Below, piece after piece: positions 10,501 through 19,500 of a stretch of 64,000 nucleotides of DNA. Origin of the DNA: Patescibacteria group bacterium. GTDB taxonomy: Bacteria > Patescibacteriota > Minisyncoccia > Phycocordibacterales > CAIZLB01. How positions within the stretch are numbered: the stretch's first letter is position 1; each line of letters starts with the position of its first letter. The notes under the pieces are model-generated. The model did no database searches. It had not been told where the DNA came from and saw nothing but the letters and a program-made list of their open reading frames with translations. The position numbers were made by a program, and so were the translations under genes. Location of the stretch: NCBI GenBank assembly GCA_040384445.1, contig JAZKJG010000001.1:7650-71649 (forward strand), in the 5' to 3' direction.

Positions 10501-13500
10501 GAGCAACAAGTTTGACAGCCGGTTATGTAATTCCACTTGTTGCATCAACAACTGAATGGGCTGCAGTTGCTGCATCAACAACTCCATCAGCAATTCGAGG
10601 ACTATTCTCTAACTCTGCAACTGGATTAACATACAACTCAAGTACTGGAGCAACATCATTCACTGCAGGTTACTCGATACCTCTCACGGCTTCATCAACT
10701 GAATGGTCATCATTCTTCAACACTCCATCAACACGAATCACTGCTGGATCAAATTTATCATGGGCAGGAAATACATTGAATGCAAATATTTCAACATCAT
10801 CAATTAACTATCTACGACTTGTAAGTGGTGGTCTTGAAATTTCTACATCAACTGACTTTATTCGTGCAGCATATTTCACAGCAACAAGTACGACAGTTTC
10901 AACATTTGCAGGAGCTGTTGCAATCGGAACAACAACTTCTCTTGCTAAATTTGATGTGAATGCAGGTAGTGCACTGCATGCTAATGCGTTTAATATTTAC
11001 GGAGTTTCAACATTGGGTATAGGTTCAGTATTTGGTCGTATATCAAACACAAACACCACAGGAAGAACTTTATTTTCACTCGGAGAAACATCAGGAGATA
11101 CATCAACTCCATTTTACATCCAACGATATGGTTCAACTCATGCAACCACTCCGAACTTGGTTGAGATTGGAATTGCTACTGCAACAGGCGATATGGCGTT
11201 TCTTACTAATTCTGTAGAGAGATTGCGTGTTACTTCATCTGGAAATGTTGGAATTGGTTCTTCAACTCCATCAGCAACTCTTGGTGTTGCAGGATCACTT
11301 AACGTAACTGGAGCATTCCGAGCAAACGGTGACGCAGGAACTTCAGGACAAATCTTCCAATCAACTGGATCTGGAGCATCATGGATTTCTACATCAACGC
11401 TTAACATTCTTGGTACTACAACAATCCGAACATTGTTCTCATCAACTGCAACAGGTCTGACATATACTTCAGGAACTGGAGTGTTCTCACTTACTGCTGG
11501 ATATGTAATTCCACTCACTGCATCATCATCTGAGTGGGCACTCGCATACGCATCGACTTCGGCAATGACTCCGACATATACTCGTGGTCTGTTCTCAAAC
11601 TCAACTACTGGACTTACATACAACTCTGGAACTGGTGCAACATCTTTGACGGCGGGATATGTGATTCCACTTGTTGCATCGACTACAGAATGGGCAGCAT
11701 CATCAGCTTCAACTTCTCCTTCTGTAATTCGAAGTTTGTTCTCTAACTCTGCAGCAGGTCTTACGTACAGCTCAACAACAGGAGCAACAACTCTCACAGC
11801 TGGATACTCAATACCTCTTACTGCATCATCAACTGAATGGTCATCATTCTTTAACACTCCATCAACAAGAATTACTGCTGGAAATAATCTTTCATGGACT
11901 GGTAATACGTTGAATGCAAGTTTCTCAACATCAAGTGTAAACTATGTACGAATCGTAAGTGGTGGTCTTGAAACTGCAACGTCAACTGATTTTTTACGAG
12001 CTGCATACTTTACTGCAACTTCAACTACAGGTACTTCTACATTTGCAGGACTTGTAGGAATCGGAACAACTACACCGTCTGCCACTCTTGGAGTAAATGG
12101 ATCTATCAATGTTACAGGTGCATTCCGAGCAAACGGTGACGCAGGAACTTCAGGACAAATCTTCCAATCAACTGGATCTGGAGCATCATGGATTTCTACA
12201 TCAACGCTTAACATTCTTGGTACTACAACAATCCGAACATTGTTCTCATCAACTGCAACAGGTCTGACATATACTTCAGGAACTGGAGTGTTCTCACTTA
12301 CTGCTGGATATGTCATTCCTCTTACTGCATCAACTACTGAATGGGCTACTGCATATGCTTCTACAACAGCACTGACTCCAGCATATTTCCGAGGTCTTCT
12401 TTCTAACTCTGCAACAGGTCTTACATACAACTCAACGACTGGCGCCACTTCATTTACGGCTGGATACTCAATACCACTCACTGCATCATCAACAGAATGG
12501 TCATCATTCTTCAACACTCCATCAACTCGAATTACAGCTGGATCAAACCTCACATGGTCTGGAAATACATTGAATGCAAACATTTCAACATCATCTATCA
12601 ACTATCTACGACTTGTAAGTGGAGGATTAGAGACTTCTACTTCAACAGATTTCTTGAGAGCTGCATTCTTTACAGCAACTTCAACTACAGCAACATCGAC
12701 GTTTGCAGGTTATGTTGGAGTTGGAACATCTAGTCCTCTTGCAAAGCTTCATGTATTCGGAGGCACTGCTTCTCCGCAAGTAGTAGTGGATAGTGGAAGT
12801 CAAAATTTGGATTTATATGCAGCAGCAACAACAAGTAACATAGATTTTTCAAGTATACTTTTATTTAGATCAAAGACGTTTGCAAACAGAGGTACAAACA
12901 CAGGAGCTGTTGAATATGGTCGGTTTGATGCAAGTGGTAACTTCCAAGTTGGTACATCAACCGCATTAGGTCGTGTAAATATTCAAGGTGTAAACTCATC
13001 ACCAACAAACGCTGCATTGAGTGTATATAATAGTACAGGAACAAACTTGTTGAATGTGATGAATGGTGGAAATGTTGGAATTGGTTCTTCAACTCCATCA
13101 GCCACTCTTGGTGTTGCAGGATCACTTAACGTAACTGGAGCATTCCGAGCAAACGGTGACGCAGGAACTTCAGGACAAATCTTCCAATCAACTGGATCTG
13201 GAGCATCATGGATTTCTACATCAACGCTTAACATTCTTGGTACTACAACAATCCGAACATTGTTCTCATCAACTGCAACAGGTCTGACATACACATCAGG
13301 AACTGGAGTATTCTCACTTACTGCAGGATATGTGATCCCACTTGTTGCATCATCATCTGAGTGGTCACTCGCATACGCATCGACTTCTGCAATGACTCCG
13401 ACATATACTCGTGGTCTGTTCTCTAACTCAACTACTGGACTTACGTACAACTCTGGAACCGGTGCAACATCTTTGACAGCCGGATATGTGATCCCACTTA

Positions 13501-16500
13501 TTGCTTCAACAACACAATGGGCTACTGCATACGCTTCAACAACAGCACTTACTCCTGCATACTTCCGAGGGTTACTCTCTAACTCTGCAACTGGGTTAAC
13601 ATACAACTCAACAACAGGAGCAACATCATTCACTGCTGGATACTCAATACCTCTTACTGCATCATCAACTGAATGGTCATCATTCTTTAACACTCCATCA
13701 ACAAGAATTACAGCTGGATCAAATCTCACATGGTCTGGAAATACGTTGAATGCAAATATTTCAACATCATCAATCAACTACCTGCGACTGGTAAGTGGAG
13801 GTCTGGAAACTGCAACGTCAACAAACTTCTTGAGAGCTGCATATTTCACAGCGACAAGTACAACAGGAACGAGTACATTTGCAGGAGCTGTTGCAATCGG
13901 AACAACCACATCACCGTATAAACTTGCGGTTATTGGAGATTCGTATTTTTCAGGAAATATAAATGCATTTAGTTATGGTGCAGATGCGTATCATATTTTA
14001 GGTAGTAATCAGCACAATACAGTAACCATAAAGAAAGGTACTGGCTACGGTTCAGGTATTCATTTTGAAGATGGGTCTTCAAACCTATGGGATATATCAA
14101 CAGACAGTAGTAATAATTTTAGTATTTTTAACTACAGCCCTAGTGCAACAGCATTTGCAATAAATAAATCTAATAACTATGTAGGAATTGGAACTTCAAC
14201 TCCAATCTTCGCGTTGGATGTAGTTGGTGCAGCTGGGACTGTTATTCGAGCAAACAGTTCTGGCTCAACATATATTGATGCGAATACTGGAAGTGCTAGT
14301 TCAAATGGTGGATTTTCATTCAGTGCACTTGGAAGTAACAAATGGTTACTCTACAGAGATGGTGATGATGACTCTGTAAATTTTTTCAGTAATACTTTGG
14401 CTCAATCAGTACTAACTATGAATGCTGCTGGAAACGTAGGAATCGGAACAACAACCCCAACAGAAAAACTTTCTATAGCTGGAGCTCTTAATTTAACTGG
14501 CGCATTCAAATCAAACGGAAACGCAGGAACTCTAGGACAAGTATTACAAACAACTGGAACTGGAGTACAGTGGGTTGCAACATCATCACTTGGAATATCA
14601 GGCGGATCACTCTCAGGTGGAACTGATGGATATCTTGCACGATGGACAAGTGCGTCAACACTCAGTTCAGGACTATTCCTAGACAATGGAACAGTGGCAG
14701 GAATCAATGCGACATCTTCATCATATACATTTAATGTAAAAGGAAACTCAGGAGTAAATCCATTTAACGTCGCATCATCAACAGGTACGTCAATGTTTGC
14801 GATTGCAAATAACGGAAGAGTCACTGTGTACGGTGATATTGAAACAGATGATGATATATCAAACACCTTTCTTGGTGTCGGTGCCGGCAAGGGTTCAGTT
14901 CTAGATGGTGGTAGTAACACTGCAGTTGGTAGTGATGCTTTGTACACAAATACAGGAAGTTTTGGAGGTTACGGCTATGACAACACTGCGCTTGGTGCAT
15001 ATTCTCTCTACAGTCTCAATGCTGTAAGCGGAGGAAGTGGCTATGCAAACGTTGCTGTTGGTGTAAAGGCACTTTGGTTAAATGTACTTGGATCAGAAAA
15101 TGTTGCTTTGGGTACAAAAGCTCTTGAGGATATGACAGATGGCTATGGAAACATTGCGATCGGAAACAATGCTGGTAATAATCAAACACTTGGATCATAT
15201 AATATCGTTATCGGTAATGTTGTAAGTCTTGCAAGTACTACTGGAAGTAATCAACTTAATATCGGTAATCTTTTGTTTGGTACAGACTTGGGTACAGGAG
15301 GTGGAATTAGTACAGGAAATATTGGGATTGGGACAAATGCTCCTGCATACAGGCTCGACGTCAATGGTACAGGAAGATTTGTTAGAAGTAGTGTAGACGG
15401 TGCTTTGGTACTTGATAACTCGACGTCAGATGCTAATTCTATCCTGTTTCAAACTGCAGCATCAAATAAATGGTCTACTTACCTAAGTGGGAATGATTTA
15501 AGATTCTATGATTATAGTGGGAATGCTGACAGGCTTACTCTTAAATCAGGAGGTAATGTTGGAATTGGTACAACAACCCCAACAGAAAGGCTTTCAATCG
15601 CAGGTGCACTTAATCTCACAGGTGCATTTAAAGCAAATGGTGATGCAGGATCGGTAGGATATGTCATGATCTCACAAGGAACAAGTACTGCACCGATCTG
15701 GGTTGCAACTTCATCACTTGGATTAAGTGGTGGTGCAGGAGTTGGAACAATAAACTCTGGAACAGCTGGTCAAGTTGCGTTTTATGCAGGAAGTGGAACT
15801 ACAGTTTCTGGAACTTCAACACTATTCTTTAGTGCAGGAAATATTGGAATCGGAACTACAACTCCAGGATACAGACTTACTGTTGATGGAGATGTTTGGC
15901 TTGGAACCACAACACTTGCAAATGGTAATCTTGTTATAGGTAAGGATGGTTCTGTTACATCTCGAGGTCAAGCAGGATCAGTATTCTTAGGATTAGATGC
16001 AGGAAATGGGGCAACTTCTTCAAACAGCTCAAATTTCTTTGGTATATCTGCGGGTCAAAATGCAGCATATGCATCATACTCAAACTTCTTTGGTGAAGAA
16101 GCGGGATATGGTGCAACATATGCAACAAACTCAAACTTCTTCGGAGACTCTGCAGGATACGATGCAACAAACGCCGAAAGTGCAAACTTCTTTGGAAATG
16201 AAGCAGGGGTCAATGCAACTAACGCATTATTCTCAAACTTCTTTGGTGCAGCAGCAGGTTATGGTGCAACTGACGCAGCAAACTCAAACTTCTTTGGTAG
16301 ACAAGCCGGGTCTTATGCAACAGATGCATACAATGCTAACTTTTTTGGAGATTTCGCTGGTAGTGGTGCAACATATGCAACAAACTCAAACTTCTTCGGA
16401 GACTCTGCGGGATACGATGCAACATATGCTTACAATTCAAACTTCTTTGGTGAGCAAGCTGGATATGATGCAGAAAATGCATATGACTCAAACTTTCTTG

Positions 16501-19500
16501 GAAGTAGTGCGGGAGCTTATGCAGACAATGCATCATCATCAAACTTCATTGGAAATGATGCAGGAGCATATTCTATCAACGCAGCCTTCTCAAACTTCTT
16601 AGGGCAAAGCGCAGGGTACGATGCTGATAATGCATTTAACTCAAACTTCATCGGACGAGTTACAGGGTATCAAGCAACAAATGCGCGTGACTCAAACTTC
16701 ATGGGATATGGTGCGGGACAGAGTTCGACAAACGCCGCATTCTCAAACTTCTTTGGAAATAATGCAGGAGGAAATGCTCCAAATGCATCATACTCAAACT
16801 TCCTAGGAGTTAGTGCAGGAGGAAATGCAACAAACGCCGCAAACTCTAACTTTATTGGATATAGTGCAGGAGCAAGTGCTACAAACGCACCTTTCTCAAA
16901 CTTCATTGGATACAATGCAGGAAATAGTGCAACAAACGCATCAACTTCAAACTTTATTGGATATAACGCTGGTAACGCCGCAACAAACGCCGCCTTCTCA
17001 AACTTTATTGGAAATAATGCAGGATATGGTGCAACAAATGCTAATTTCTCGAACATGCAAGGATATAACGCTGGGTATGCTGCGACAGGCGCAGTTGCTT
17101 CAAACTTCTTTGGTTTATCAGCTGGAAGTTATGCAACAGGAGCACATAACGCAAACTTCATTGGAAATAGTGCAGGAGGTTCTGCAACATATGCAGCGTA
17201 TGGAAACTTCATTGGAGCAAACGCAGGAGTAAATGCAACAAATGGAGAATTCTCAACCTTCATTGGATATAACGCCGGTAATGCTGCAACAAACGCATCT
17301 TCATCAGTGTTTATTGGGTATGCAGCAGGACAATCAGCAACAAATGCAAGACAATCAAACTTCATTGGTAATGGTTCAGGTTATCTTGCAACAAATGCAA
17401 CATTGTCAAACTTCTTTGGAATCAATGCGGGAAATAGTGCAACAAACGCTTCGTCATCAAACTTCATAGGTTACGGAACAGGAGCAAGTGCAACAAATGC
17501 CGCATTCTCAAACTTTAGTGGACAAGATGCAGGAGCAAGTGCAACAAATGCATCATACTCAAACTTCTTTGGATCACAGGCTGGTCAACTTGCAACAAAC
17601 GCAGTGAATGCAAACTTCTTTGGACGACAAACAGGATTCCTCGCAACTGACGCGTATGATTCAAACTTCATAGGATATGGTGCTGGATATCTTGCTACAT
17701 ACGCATCATCGTCAAACTTCTTAGGAAGATCAGCAGGATCAGGAGCAACAAACGCTGCTTTCTCAAACTTCATTGGAAATAGTGCAGGAAATAGTGCAAC
17801 GGATGCTATATACTCAAACTTCTTTGGTGTTAATGCAGGAATTTTTGCCACTGGAGCTTCTAACTCAAACTTTATGGGATATAGTGCTGGACATACTGCA
17901 ACAAATGCATATCTTTCAAACTTCCTTGGAAGAGCTGCTGGATCTGGGGCAACATATGCAGCATATTCAAACTTCCTTGGATATAACGCAGGGTTAAATG
18001 CAACAAACGCTGAGTACTCTAACTTTATCGGTAACTCAGCTGGAGAAACTGCCACAAATGCATCTACTTCAAACTTCATTGGAAATAACGCTGGAAAACA
18101 AGCAACGAATGCGTTACTTTCAAACTTTATTGGAAATAGTGCCGGTTACCTTGCAACAAACGCTGCTCTTTCAAACTTTATTGGTAATGGAGCGGGAAAT
18201 AGTGCACCAAACGCAGCGATCTCAAACTTTATTGGATATAACGCAGGAAACGATGCAGACAACGCATCATCATCAAACTTCATCGGATTCCAGGCAGGTA
18301 TGCAGGCAACAAATGCATCATCATCAAACATTATAGGAACATATGCAGGATATCAATCAACTAACGCAGCATACTCAAACTTCATAGGATATGGAGCAGG
18401 ACAGTATGCGACAAATGCGCGTAACTCAAACTTTATCGGACTTGGAGCTGGAGGTGGAGGTGTAGGATCATATGATTCAAACTTCTTTGGTGTGAACGCA
18501 GGATCAAATACAAATTCATATAGATCAAACTTTATTGGATATAATGCAGGAACAGATTCACTAAATGCAACATCATCAAACTTCTTTGGAGAGTATGCTG
18601 GATATGATTCAGACAATGCTGCAAAATCAAACTTCATCGGACATTTTGCTGGGTATAATGCAACAAACGCAACTCGATCAAACTTCATTGGAGAACTTGC
18701 TGGGTTCCAAGCAACTAATGCAATCGACTCAAGCTTCATTGGTCGTCAGGCAGGAGAATATGCAACGAATGCTTCATCTTCAGTGTTTATCGGTCGAACT
18801 GCAGGTGCAAGTGCTGTCAACGCCGCCTTCTCAACATTCATCGGTAATGCAGCAGGAGATAGTGCAACCGGCGCTGATAATGCAATATTCATTGGTAATG
18901 CTCCAGGTTACGCTGCAACAAATACTTCAGATGTAATATTCTTAGGTCGAGCAACAGGACAGTATGCATACAATGCAAGTAACTCATTCTTTGCAGGATA
19001 TGCTGCTGGATACGGTGCAACAAACGCATCAATGATGAATGTTATCGGGTGGAATGCTGGAAATGGAGCTACAGATGCAACATTCTCAAACTTCATGGGA
19101 TACTCTGCAGGGTATGGTGCAACAAACGTATCGTTCTCAAACTTCTTCGGCGCAACTGCTGGATATGGAGCAACATATGCTTCACAATCAAACTTCTTTG
19201 GACAATACGCCGGGCAAAATGCTGTCAATGCAGGTGCTTCAAACTTCTTTGGAGGTGGAGCTGGAGATGGGGCTACAGATGCCGCGAGTTCAAACTTCTT
19301 TGGATTTAATGCAGGAGCATTGGCAACAGATGCATCATTCTCAAACTTCTTAGGACAGTATGCAGGAAAAGATGCAACATATGCTTCACTTTCAAACTTT
19401 ATAGGATTCAGTGCTGGAGAAGATGCAACAAACGCAACTCAATCAATCTTCATTGGGTCAAATGCAGGAAAAAATGCAGCGTTTGCAAACAGCTCTATAT

